This document shows positions 1-8,780 of a stretch of 35,406 nt of DNA, in pieces. This DNA is from Hyphomicrobiales bacterium (lineage in GTDB: Bacteria; Pseudomonadota; Alphaproteobacteria; Rhizobiales; Aestuariivirgaceae). The position numbers and the translations under genes were made by a program. The notes beneath the pieces were generated by a model. That model was given only the letters and a program-made list of their open reading frames with translations, did not search any database and was not told the origin of the DNA. The DNA lies in assembly GCA_031376985.1 (NCBI GenBank), contig JANMEM010000013.1, forward strand, positions 1 to 35,406, read 5' to 3'. Position 1 is the stretch's first letter, and each line of letters starts with the position of its first letter.

Positions 1-1
1 T

Positions 2-1246
2 CTCACCGAAGTGCTGACACGGCACCGCCCGGCATCGGAGGCACTGAAGGATTGGGGCAAGGCACATCGCTTTGCAGGCTCCGGTGATCGGCATGCCATA
101 GGAACGCTGGTGTATGACGGGTTGCGCCAGCGCTTGTCTGCCGGAGTGCAGGGTGGCGGTGATGCGGCGCGGAACGTTGTCTTGGGCGTGTTGCGTGGCG
201 GTTGGGGATTGAGTGTCGACGAGATTGCGGCGCTCAGTGATGGGGCGCATGGACCTCAGGTTCTTTCCGAAACCGAACGTGCAGCGCTGTCGTCCACGCA
301 AGGTGGCGTGCCGTGGCCGGTTGCAGCCAATGTTCCGGCTTGGCTTGTTGGTGTGTTTGAACGGCAGTTCGGCAAGCGGGCAGGGGCGGAAGGAGCCGCC
401 CTGTGTGAGCGTGCGCCGATTGATTTACGGGTGAATACCTTGAAGGCCAATGCTGCGAAAGTCAGTGCGGCCCTTGCTGTTCATAGTCCCGTAGCGGGGC
501 CCTGGATGCCGACGTCGCTGCGTATTGCGCTTTCTTCTCCCCAGCAAAAGCATGTGAATGTGGAAACTGATCCGGCCCATGGCATGGGTTGGTTTGAGGT
601 GCAGGATACGGCTTCGCAAATTGCCGCTGCACTTTCGGGCGTTATGCCGGGTGAGACGGTGCTGGATATTTGTGCCGGTGCAGGCGGCAAAACCTTGGCC
701 TTGGCGGCGCTTATGCAGAACAAGGGAAAGTTGCTGGCGCATGATGTTGACAAGCATCGCCTGCGGCCGATTTTTGAACGGGTCATGCGCGCCGGTGCGA
801 GTTGTGTCGAGGTTGTCTCGGCTGATGCGGCTGTGGCTGCGCTGCTGCCCGGCAGTTTTGATTGCGTTGTGGTGGATGCGCCCTGTTCGGGCACTGGCAC
901 CTGGCGGCGCAAGCCTGAAACGAAGTGGAAGCTGACGCAGAAAACCCTGGACACCAGGCTGATCGAACAGCGCGGTATTCTGGAGCGCAGTGCTGCGCTG
1001 GTGCGCAGTGGCGGTCGGTTGGTGTATTATACCTGTTCAATTTTGCCGGATGAGAATATCCGGCAAGTTGAAGGGTTTTTGCAAACGCACAAGGATTTCA
1101 AACTTGTTCCTTATGCGGAGCAAAGGGCGAAATTTATTGGTGGCGAAGTGCCAAAATCGGCTGATGGTCGAAACGATACGCTGCTGTTGACGCCGCATTC
1201 CCATAGTGTGGACGGGTTCTATGTGGCGGTGATGGTACGGGCGTAG
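2..1246 (+). CDS. RsmB/NOP (Sun) family SAM-dependent RNA m5C methyltransferase, 5' end outside the window
   Basis: Motifs FEVQD, VLDICAGAGGKT, VVVDAPCSGTGTWRR and LVYYTCS (both catalytic Cys motifs). The frame is open back to position 2, so the true start is probably upstream. Confidence 0.9.
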   Translation, partial: LTEVLTRHRPASEALKDWGKAHRFAGSGDRHAIGTLVYDGLRQRLSAGVQGGGDAARNVVLGVLRGGWGLSVDEIAALSDGAHGPQVLSETERAALSSTQGGVPWPVAANVPAWLVGVFERQFGKRAGAEGAALCERAPIDLRVNTLKANAAKVSAALAVHSPVAGPWMPTSLRIALSSPQQKHVNVETDPAHGMGWFEVQDTASQIAAALSGVMPGETVLDICAGAGGKTLALAALMQNKGKLLAHDVDKHRLRPIFERVMRAGASCVEVVSADAAVAALLPGSFDCVVVDAPCSGTGTWRRKPETKWKLTQKTLDTRLIEQRGILERSAALVRSGGRLVYYTCSILPDENIRQVEGFLQTHKDFKLVPYAEQRAKFIGGEVPKSADGRNDTLLLTPHSHSVDGFYVAVMVRA

Positions 1247-1249
1247 ACC

Positions 1250-1549
1250 TTACAGGCTGCCCGGTCCGTCTTTCAAACAGCCTGCATAAACCGTGTAGCT
1301 GGCGAAGCCTGAGTCTCCGGAGAAGTTTTTGGCTTCGGCCAGGCAGGCTGTTTTGCGGTCGGCATCGGCTGAGGTTTCGAGGTCGGGAACCGTGGATCTG
1401 GCGTCATCTTCCAACTTGGTGCATTCGCCCACGTCCATGCCATTGCTAGAGGCCTGCCAGGCGCAGAGCTGGGCCGGATCAAAATTCAAGCCGTCAGCGG
1501 CTAGTGCAGGACTGGCCAACAATGACAGAGTAATTACGATATATTTCAT
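1250..1549 (-). CDS. Small secreted hypothetical protein with 4 Cys
   Basis: Signal peptide MKYIVITLSLLASPALA-A. GGGGG RBS before the ATG at 1549 (ORF track start 1564). Directly downstream of mntR. Confidence 0.75.
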   Translation of the reverse strand: MKYIVITLSLLASPALAADGLNFDPAQLCAWQASSNGMDVGECTKLEDDARSTVPDLETSADADRKTACLAEAKNFSGDSGFASYTVYAGCLKDGPGSL

Positions 1550-1564
1550 AGTCTTAACCCCCAT

Positions 1565-2005
1565 TCATGCCATTTTACGTGCGGTAAAACGCGCCATGGC
1601 CTTCAGTGTTTCATTGCTTACGTGGTGTTCAATACCTTCAGAGTCAATGCGTGCCGTTTCCGCTGTTACGCCAAGGGTTAACAGGAAGTTTTCGACGATA
1701 TCATGGCGGCGGCGGCCGTTCTGGGCGAGGGACCAGCCTTCGCCTGTCAGCATAATCTCGCGGTAAGGTTCCTGGGTGACGAGGCCTCGCTCCATCAGCT
1801 TTTTCAACATTTTGACAACGGTGGCATTGGCAACGCCCAAGCGTATTGCCACTTCGCTGCCGCGGGCTTCGCCTTTTTCGTCAATGAGGTCTGCGATCAA
1901 TTCAACATAGTCTTCGGCGAGTTCAGACGAGTGGTCGGCCCGCGTGCGCTTGAAAGCAGCAGACTGCAATTTGGCTTTGCGGGGTGTGGTTGTCATATTG
2001 GACAT
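1565..2005 (-). CDS. mntR: DtxR/MntR family manganese-binding transcriptional regulator
   Basis: ELAEDYVELIADL, wHTH RLGVANATVVKMLKKL, RRRHDIVENFL, DSEGIEHHVS. Divergent from mntH. Confidence 0.93.
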   Translation of the reverse strand: MSNMTTTPRKAKLQSAAFKRTRADHSSELAEDYVELIADLIDEKGEARGSEVAIRLGVANATVVKMLKKLMERGLVTQEPYREIMLTGEGWSLAQNGRRRHDIVENFLLTLGVTAETARIDSEGIEHHVSNETLKAMARFTARKMA

Positions 2006-2018
2006 GCGCCATAGCCTA

Positions 2019-2046
2019 TTGACAAGGGTTTAGCCAATGCTAAGTT
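2019..2046 (+). promoter_or_regulatory. sigma70 promoter of mntH
   Basis: TTGACA (2019-2024), 16-bp spacer, TAAGTT (2041-2046) with an extended -10 TG. Overlaps the MntR boxes. Confidence 0.65.
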
Positions 2047-2066
2047 TAATTTAGCAATGGCTAAAC
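2028..2066. promoter_or_regulatory. Two tandem MntR operator boxes
   Basis: TTAGC-caat-GCTAA (2030-2043) and TTAGC-aatg-GCTAA (2051-2064). Together they form a 16-bp inverted repeat with one mismatch. Fits the TAGC-N4-GCTA core of the enterobacterial MntR box. Confidence 0.85.
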
Positions 2067-2082
2067 TTTTGGAAGCATCGTC

Positions 2083-3414
2083 ATGACAACAGATACGGAA
2101 AATGGTTGGCGGCAAGGGCGGGGTGAGCCGTCGTTGCTGGATGTGTTCCGCACCATTCCCGTGCGCAATTCGGGATCCATGTTCCGGCGGGCTCTGGCCT
2201 TTGTGGGGCCGGGCTATCTCGTGTCGGTTGGCTATATGGACCCCGGTAACTGGGCGACTTCTATCGCCGGGGGCGCCCAGTTTGGCTACACGTTGCTGTT
2301 TGTGGCGCTGCTGTCCAACATCATGGCGATCATATTACAGTCGCTTTGCGCCCGCTTGGCCATTGGTTCGGGCCGTGATCTTGCGCAGGCCTGCCGCGAT
2401 GCGTTTCCGAAGTCAGTGGCTTTTGTACTGTGGGCGTTTGCAGAAATTGCCATTATCGCCACAGACATTGCGGAGGTGGTTGGAACAGCCATTGGTCTCA
2501 ACCTGCTGTTTGGCATTCCACTTGAAATCGGTGTCATCATAACAGCACTTGACGTGTTCCTGATCCTTGCCTTGCAAAGGCTTGGCTTTCGCTGGATAGA
2601 GGCCTTTATTGTTGCTTTGCTGGCATTGATCTTCGCCTGCTTTTTTGTGCAAATTGCCATGGCAGACCCGGATTGGGGTGGTGTGATCCGCGGCTTTGCG
2701 CCGACTGTTGATATTCTCGGCAATCCTCAAATGTTGTACCTCGCACTTGGCATTATCGGGGCCACAGTGATGCCGCATAATCTTTATCTGCATTCCGGCA
2801 TTGTGCAAACACGGGCCTATGGCACCAGCGATGCCGAAAAGAAAACCGCACTGACGTTTGCCACGATTGATTCAACAGTGGCACTGATGTTTGCGCTGTC
2901 GGTGAATGCGTCCATTCTCATTCTGGCAGCAGCCACATTTCACCGGAGTGGTGCCACCACTGTGACCGATCTCGGGGAAGCCCATTCGATGTTGGCACCG
3001 CTGGTTGGCTCGTTGCTCGCTCCGAAACTGTTTGCAATTTCGCTGCTGGCTTGCGGAATCACGTCAACCGTTACAGCCACCCTCGCAGGGCAAATCGTGA
3101 TGGAAGGATTTTTGAATATCCGGCTGCCGGCGTGGATGCGCCGCCTGCTTACCCGCATGGTGGCCATTGTTCCGGCGGCTGGTGTTACACTTTATTATGG
3201 TGCGGAAGGCACTGGAATTTTGCTCATTCTCAGCCAAGTCATTCTCGCCTTCCAACTGCCGTTCGCCATTGTGCCACTGGTCATGTTCACCCGCGACAAG
3301 GCAAAAATGGGGGCATTGGTGGCACCACGTTGGCTCACGTTGGTGGCAGGGTTGATTGCGTCGGTGATCATAGCGCTGAATGTGAAATTGCTGTGGGATA
3401 TTGCTGCCGGCTAG
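2083..3414 (+). CDS. mntH: Nramp family divalent metal (Mn2+) transporter
   Basis: [33 protein letters not shown], many TM helices. Confidence 0.96.
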   Translation: MTTDTENGWRQGRGEPSLLDVFRTIPVRNSGSMFRRALAFVGPGYLVSVGYMDPGNWATSIAGGAQFGYTLLFVALLSNIMAIILQSLCARLAIGSGRDLAQACRDAFPKSVAFVLWAFAEIAIIATDIAEVVGTAIGLNLLFGIPLEIGVIITALDVFLILALQRLGFRWIEAFIVALLALIFACFFVQIAMADPDWGGVIRGFAPTVDILGNPQMLYLALGIIGATVMPHNLYLHSGIVQTRAYGTSDAEKKTALTFATIDSTVALMFALSVNASILILAAATFHRSGATTVTDLGEAHSMLAPLVGSLLAPKLFAISLLACGITSTVTATLAGQIVMEGFLNIRLPAWMRRLLTRMVAIVPAAGVTLYYGAEGTGILLILSQVILAFQLPFAIVPLVMFTRDKAKMGALVAPRWLTLVAGLIASVIIALNVKLLWDIAAG

Positions 3415-3432
3415 TGTGCCGCTACATCTGGG

Positions 3433-3900
3433 TTATTGTGCAAGTTCGGACCGTGCGAATGTGAAATCATAGGCCGCAATACTTGCACCTTGCTCTGCCA
3501 ACAGTTTAAGTTTTTGCCAACCGAGTTCTACGCTTGGGGGCGTGTGACCATCGTGAGGCCACACCACGTAATTCGGTCCCGGCCAGGGTTCGAACCATTC
3601 AGTTCGGCGACGCAGAAAACTTCCGTGTGCAGTCTTATGTACAAAGTGCCACAGATCCTCGACGTTGGTCCAAATTGACAGAGATATTGCAAGATGGACA
3701 TCCGAATCGACGGCCTGAAATGCAATGCCATCGCCGACAGCGGCGCTCTCGTCGGCCCAACGCCAAACATAGCCTTTACTGCGCTCGGCAATGGCATTGA
3801 CCTTACTGACATTGTCAATAAAGCCAGCAACGCGCGGGTCATGCGGCGGGTGACGAAGTCGCGCCACGTTAAAGTGCGCAATTTGGACTGAACTATCCAC
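3433..3900 (-). CDS. DUF3291 domain protein
   Basis: IAHFNVARLRHP.HDPRVAGF...VNAIAERSKGYVWR, H..FLRRR.EWF and YVVW are typical of DUF3291. Start uncertain (GTG 3900; ORF track 3957). Confidence 0.75.
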   Translation of the reverse strand: MDSSVQIAHFNVARLRHPPHDPRVAGFIDNVSKVNAIAERSKGYVWRWADESAAVGDGIAFQAVDSDVHLAISLSIWTNVEDLWHFVHKTAHGSFLRRRTEWFEPWPGPNYVVWPHDGHTPPSVELGWQKLKLLAEQGASIAAYDFTFARSELAQ

Positions 3901-4017
3901 AGCAGATTTTCCATGTTTGCCAAATGTGCATGATAATTGCGATGTGCTGCGATGCAACGACTAACTTTCACAAATCTCAACCTTGCAGAGTCCATCTAAT
4001 GTCCTTAAACGCCCCGC

Positions 4018-5577
4018 ATGACAAATGCCCTCCATGACAAAATTCTGATTATCGATTTTGGTTCTCAAGTCACGCAGCTCATCGCGCGTCGCGTGCGCGA
4101 ATTGGGGGTTTATTCTGAGGTCGTGCCTTATCAGAAAGCAGAAGCGGCATTCCATGCCATGCAGCCAAAAGCGGTCATTCTTTCAGGCGGGCCGGACTCA
4201 GTCACGAGAGTGGGTTCTCCACGTGCAGCTGACGTGGTGTTTCAATCAGGCTTGCCAATCCTGGCTATCTGCTATGGCCAGCAAACCACAGCCGTGCAAT
4301 TGGGCGGTGTTGTGGAAGGCGGGCACGCCGCAGAGTTTGGTCGTGCTGATATCGAGATCAAAGCGCAGAGTGCGTTGTTTGATGGTTTGTGGACCGTTGG
4401 TGAACGACACCCGGTTTGGATGAGCCACGGCGACCGTGTTACACAGTTGCCAGAAGGCTTCACAGTCAAAGCCGTCTCAGAAAATGCACCTTTTGCCATT
4501 GCGTCCGACGAAGCGCGTCGCATCTACACCACCATGTTCCACCCTGAAGTTGTGCACACGCCGGATGGTGCGAAACTGATTTCGAATTTTGTTTTGAAGA
4601 TTGCAGGCTGTCGGCAGGACTGGACCATGGCCTCATTCCGGCAGGAGGCGATTGATCGGATTCGTGCGCAAGTCGGCAAGGGCAGGGTGCTGTGTGGATT
4701 GTCGGGTGGGGTAGATTCATCTGTCGCGGCGGTTCTCATTCACGAGGCAGTTGGTGATCAGTTGACTTGCGTGTTCGTTGACCACGGCTTGATGCGGATG
4801 GACGAGGCCAAGGAAGTAGTGTCGATGTTCCGCGAGCATTATAATTTGCCGCTGGTGCATGTGAATGCGGCAGAGATGTTCATCACCGCACTTGAAGGCG
4901 AAGTTGACCCCGAGACAAAACGCAAAACCATTGGCCGTCTTTTTATTGAAGTATTCGAAGCTGAAGCCAAGAAGTTGGGCGGAGCGGATTTTCTGGCGCA
5001 AGGCACTTTGTACCCAGACGTCATCGAAAGCGTTTCGTTCACGGGTGGTCCATCCGTCACCATCAAGTCACATCACAATGTCGGCGGGCTGCCTGACCGC
5101 ATGAACATGCAGCTCGTCGAACCCTTGCGCGAACTGTTCAAGGATGAAGTGAGAAAGTTGGGGCAAGAGCTTGGATTGCCTGAGAAATTCGTAGGTCGTC
5201 ATCCGTTTCCTGGACCAGGTCTTGCGATACGTTTGCCAGGCGGCGTCACACGCGAGAAGCTTTTGATTCTGCAAAAAGCTGATGCCATCTACATCGATGA
5301 AATTCGCAAAGCCGGATTGTACGATAAAATCTGGCAAGCCTTCTCCGTGCTACTGCCGGTGCAGACAGTCGGCGTCATGGGCGATGGCCGCACCTATGAT
5401 CGCGTGCTGGCGCTTCGTGCGGTCACTTCAGTTGATGGCATGACGGCAGATTTCTATCCCTTTGATATGAACTTTCTCGGTCGTGCTGCAACACGCATCA
5501 TCAATGAAGTGAAGGGGATTAACCGCGTGGTCTATGATGTCACAAGCAAGCCACCGGGGACGATCGAGTGGGAATAA
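4018..5577 (+). CDS. guaA: GMP synthase (glutamine-hydrolysing)
   Basis: [44 protein letters not shown]-terminal [10 protein letters not shown]. Confidence 0.99.
   Translation: MTNALHDKILIIDFGSQVTQLIARRVRELGVYSEVVPYQKAEAAFHAMQPKAVILSGGPDSVTRVGSPRAADVVFQSGLPILAICYGQQTTAVQLGGVVEGGHAAEFGRADIEIKAQSALFDGLWTVGERHPVWMSHGDRVTQLPEGFTVKAVSENAPFAIASDEARRIYTTMFHPEVVHTPDGAKLISNFVLKIAGCRQDWTMASFRQEAIDRIRAQVGKGRVLCGLSGGVDSSVAAVLIHEAVGDQLTCVFVDHGLMRMDEAKEVVSMFREHYNLPLVHVNAAEMFITALEGEVDPETKRKTIGRLFIEVFEAEAKKLGGADFLAQGTLYPDVIESVSFTGGPSVTIKSHHNVGGLPDRMNMQLVEPLRELFKDEVRKLGQELGLPEKFVGRHPFPGPGLAIRLPGGVTREKLLILQKADAIYIDEIRKAGLYDKIWQAFSVLLPVQTVGVMGDGRTYDRVLALRAVTSVDGMTADFYPFDMNFLGRAATRIINEVKGINRVVYDVTSKPPGTIEWE
5566..5573 (+). 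mobile_element. Putative attL core (GAGTGGGA) of a guaA-integrated genomic island
   Basis: 8-mer in the last codons of guaA, followed by AT-rich DNA, arm-type repeats, a P4-like integrase and alpA. This is the known layout of guaA-associated islands. Confidence 0.75.
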
Positions 5578-5622
5578 TTCAATAGCATTTCGGATCAATT
5601 GCCATCTATTCGAATAATAGCT

Positions 5623-5635
5623 TAAGATATTGATA
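5623..5635 (-). promoter_or_regulatory. IHF consensus site in the att region
   Basis: Minus strand reads TATCAATATCTTA, matching WATCAANNNNTTR. Lies between the att core and the arm repeats. Confidence 0.5.
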
Positions 5636-5692
5636 TCAAATAATTTATATAGCAACATCTATTGTTATCTATCGACTGTAAGCGGATTTTTT

Positions 5693-5845
5693 TGACGGTA
5701 AAACTGACGGTACTGTGCATTCGCCAAACCTTTGAAAATCAACGTACCGTCGGGCTAATTTTTCAAGCAAGGTCACAAATATATTCATAACTTGTTGTAT
5801 TTATTGTTTAATATTTTGTAGTTGACGGTATACTGTTTGACGGTA
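5693..5845. repeat. Integrase arm-type repeats TGACGGTA
   Basis: Exact direct copies at 5693-5700, 5705-5712, 5823-5830 and 5838-5845, plus inverted TACCGTC at 5745-5751. Confidence 0.8.
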
Positions 5846-5849
5846 GAAT
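5822..5849 (+). promoter_or_regulatory. Putative integrase promoter overlapping the arm repeats
   Basis: TTGACG (5822-5827), 16 bp, TAGAAT (5844-5849). Confidence 0.55.
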
Positions 5850-5892
5850 TGATCAAGGAATGGCGAATTCTTTGGTTGATGAGGCACTGCCG

Positions 5893-7134
5893 ATGCTGAC
5901 TGATCTGGCGCTTAAAAAACTGAAATTAAAGGACAAATCCTACAAGATCGCGGATCGCGACGGTATGTATGCCTTTGTCACAAACACAGGGCAGGTCACT
6001 TTCCGCTACGACTACCGTCTCAACGGTCGTCGAGAGACGCTTACGATTGGTCGTTACGGTGATGATGGAATGACGCTCTCAATAGCGCGCGAACGCTGTG
6101 CAGCAGCACGGAAGATGGTGGCGGAAGGAGAGTCCCCGGCACTTGAAAAGCAGCGCGACAGAAGGAAACAGCTGATCGAGCATAGCTTTGGTGCTTTAGG
6201 GCAGTTGTGGCTCAAAGATGCTACGATGGCAGACAGCACGCGTTCAATGCGGAAATCGATTTTTGATCGTGATATTTTGCCGTTCTGGAAGCAGCGCCTT
6301 CTTACTGAGATTACACCAGATGACTTGCGACAGCTCTGCGCGAAGGTAAAAGATAGGGGTGCTCCTGCCACGGCTATTCATGTGCGGGATATTGTCAAAC
6401 AGATATTTTCTTACGCTATCCTTCATGGACAAAAAGTTGCCAACCCTGCTGATGAAGTTGGCCCTGCTTCTATCGCAACATTTCAACCAAAAGACCGTGC
6501 CCTGTCTGCACCCGAAATTCGCATCATGTTTCAGCTTCTTGAACATGTTGCCACGCTGCCAACCATTCGAATTGGCCTTAAGCTTATTCTACTCACGATG
6601 GTGAGAAAGAGCGAACTTCAAGATGCAGTTTGGAGCGAAGTTGATTTCGAAAATGCGGTTTGGTCTATTCCGAAAGAACGAATGAAGCGATCCAAGGCAC
6701 ATAATGTGTATCTTTCGCAGCAAGCACTCGATATTCTTATTGCGCTCAAAACATGCGCAGGAAATTCAAGGTATCTCCTCCCGTCACGTTACGACGCCGA
6801 TGCACCCATGTCTCGCGCGACCTTTAACAGAATAACGTCGGCGATAGCCGTTAGCGCAAAGCAAAAAGCACTTCCGCTTGAGCCATTCACCGTTCACGAT
6901 CTGCGTCGTACCGGATCGACGCTTCTGAACGAATTGGGTTTTAATCGAGATTGGATTGAAAAGTGCCTTGCCCATGAGGAGGGTCGTTCATCCCGTGGTG
7001 TCTACAACAAAGCTGAATACGAGCAGCAACGTCGGCATATGATGCAAGAATGGGCCGACATCATTGATGCGTGGATTGTGGGCAAAAATCATAGTCCCAC
7101 GCTCTACCCACCATCAATGCAAATGCTCGCCTGA
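5893..7134 (+). CDS. P4-like tyrosine recombinase/integrase with N-terminal arm-binding domain
   Basis: MLTDLALKKLK..YKIADRDGMY arm domain. Catalytic residues MVRKSE, HDLRRT, LAH and VYNKAEY all present. GAGG RBS before the ATG at 5893 (ORF track 5860). Confidence 0.95.
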   Translation: MLTDLALKKLKLKDKSYKIADRDGMYAFVTNTGQVTFRYDYRLNGRRETLTIGRYGDDGMTLSIARERCAAARKMVAEGESPALEKQRDRRKQLIEHSFGALGQLWLKDATMADSTRSMRKSIFDRDILPFWKQRLLTEITPDDLRQLCAKVKDRGAPATAIHVRDIVKQIFSYAILHGQKVANPADEVGPASIATFQPKDRALSAPEIRIMFQLLEHVATLPTIRIGLKLILLTMVRKSELQDAVWSEVDFENAVWSIPKERMKRSKAHNVYLSQQALDILIALKTCAGNSRYLLPSRYDADAPMSRATFNRITSAIAVSAKQKALPLEPFTVHDLRRTGSTLLNELGFNRDWIEKCLAHEEGRSSRGVYNKAEYEQQRRHMMQEWADIIDAWIVGKNHSPTLYPPSMQMLA

Positions 7135-7192
7135 GATTGTAAGTAGTCTATATGGCTGCGCACCCCCGAATATTCTTTTGGCGAAATTGATA

Positions 7193-7489
7193 TCATGTTC
7201 GTACCGGACGAAATTTGCGTTGGCGTACATCAGGAAATGGCGGCCGCTTGGTTTCAGAAATTATTGAATTTTGACGACGTAGCTCTACCCAGTCTTCGAC
7301 CTCAATTAAACTCCATACCACGCAGCGCGGTGACAAGTTGAAACGTTTCGGAAACTCTCCGCGTTGTTCCATTTGATAGATAGTGGTGTCGGCAAGAGGC
7401 ACTATCTTCCGAAGTTCACATTTCCGAATTGTTTGCTGGATTGAGCGCGGCACGATCGCGTTTGGTCTTTGAGCCTTGAAGTCTTTCAT
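7193..7489 (-). CDS. alpA: AlpA family regulator / recombination directionality factor
   Basis: IRKCELRKIVPLADTTIYQMEQRGEFPKRFNLSPRCVVWSLIEVEDW. AAGAGG RBS before the ATG at 7489. Convergent with the integrase. Confidence 0.85.
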   Translation of the reverse strand: MKDFKAQRPNAIVPRSIQQTIRKCELRKIVPLADTTIYQMEQRGEFPKRFNLSPRCVVWSLIEVEDWVELRRQNSIISETKRPPFPDVRQRKFRPVRT

Positions 7490-7729
7490 ATTGCAAACCT
7501 CTTGGTGAAGAGTGCGAACTAGGCATTCTTCAAAAGCTAATAAGACATCACATATCGGAAAAACTTGCAGGCTCTTCAATTGGAAATGGCGGGATAAAAC
7601 GGGTATGACAGTACGTGTCTGGCCCGCGCTCTCAATTTGTAGACAGTACAAAAATCATCCAGAGTTTGAGTTCTCGAGTGCAAAATATGTGCAGCAACGG
7701 CTGGGTAATCCCCCCAAAAACTATTCGCT

Positions 7730-8033
7730 TCACGTAATTCCGCCTGCCATTAGCGCTCCGTATTTGGCGGCGTGATATTTTTGGAGACCTCGGGCCAAAG
7801 TTGCTGCGCCCGGCTTGCTGTAATAGCCAGCCCATGCTCCGAGCATTGCGATAGCCCATGTAGCAAAGGCCAATATATCAGGTGGGTGAGGATTTTTCTG
7901 ACGCGCGGTTGGCGTTTTGCCTTCATAATTGCCATCAGCAGAGGCTCGTCTCCTGGGTCAAAGGCGTCGGCAAGAAGCTGGCCTGAAGGATTGTCACGGG
8001 CGCGCACCATCTGCGTGACAGTGACGGCGGCAA
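7730..8033 (-). pseudogene. IS4-family transposase C-terminal remnant, frameshifted
   Basis: QMVRARDNPSGQLLADAFDPGDEPLL, frameshift near 7930, then YEGKTPTARQKNPHPPDILAFATWAIAMLGAWAGYYSKPGAATLARGL...stop at 7730. Confidence 0.7.
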
Positions 8034-8230
8034 CCGCAACAGAACGCCTACATTGAGCGCTACAACAGAACCGTCCGTCACGAGTGGCTGGATCAATACA
8101 TGTTTGCAACCATCAAGGAGGTGCAGGACTACGCTACAGAGTGGCTCTGGACTACAACAACGACCGTCCCAACATGGGGCTTGGCGAGATCACACCCGCT
8201 CAGAAACGGAAACAGCAATTAGCCGCGTGA
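8034..8230 (+). pseudogene. IS3-family transposase (rve) C-terminal remnant, frameshifted
   Basis: PQQNAYIERYNRTVRHEWLDQYMFATIKEVQDYATEWLW, 1-nt loss near 8152, then YNNDRPNMGLGEITPAQK...TGA at 8228-8230. Confidence 0.85.
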
Positions 8231-8540
8231 ATTCTGCTATCACGTCTTATCAAAAATGGGAGGATTACCAATAGCCAAAAAAGAACGGGGTTTGGGTCAA
8301 GGTTAAGACCTATTCACTTCCGGCATCTTCTCTTCTTAAAGCCTGGGATCTCCTAAAGCGCTTCGCTATACCACGGAATTTGTCAGTTGGAAAATTTGAT
8401 CATGTTCAAATCAAAGTGTTAGCGAACTTGTTGGGTATGCTTTGAAAATTATCGCCAAGCGACGTCAAGCTGATTATGACGGCGAAATACATGCAAAAAA
8501 CAGATTTTTTTCAACGCGCGCCGAGAATAGAAGATTCCAC

Positions 8541-8570
8541 TTGATTTGTTTGGTGAAAATTTTCTACATT
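8541..8570 (+). promoter_or_regulatory. Putative ABC operon promoter with overlapping candidate RpiR operator
   Basis: TTGATT (8541-8546), 18 bp, TACATT (8565-8570). TGAAAATTTTCTACA at 8554-8568. Confidence 0.5.
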
Positions 8571-8780
8571 GCTGAAAATCGATGATGCGCCATTCTCCTG
8601 CAGTGTTTCACATCCGAGGAAAAGGGCTGATGTCAAATAATCGAAAGGTTGGGTGCCGGACGGATTGTCATGGTGTCCAGCAGACTCGTTCGGACGGATT
8701 TCCAGTCAAGGCAGTCCCAACCGCGCAAAAGACTCGAAAGCAGATTTACACGTCGGCAAAATTCAGGAGGAGGACACCCC

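Larger units (their letters stand above)
7703..8270. mobile_element. Degenerate IS3-like element bounded by imperfect terminal inverted repeats
   Basis: GGGTAATCCCCCC (7703-7715) matches the reverse complement of GGGAGGATTACCA (8258-8270) at 11/13. The right repeat follows an IS3 transposase stop. Confidence 0.5.

Noticed and set aside
7750-8274. ORF-track proteins 7750-8109, 7772-8056 and 8053-8274 as genes
   Set aside because: They are chimeric or off-frame readings of the IS4 and IS3 remnants.
8649-8780. N-terminal extension of the SBP from TTG 8649
   Set aside because: The strong AGGAGGAGG RBS and Tat motif position point to ATG 8781.
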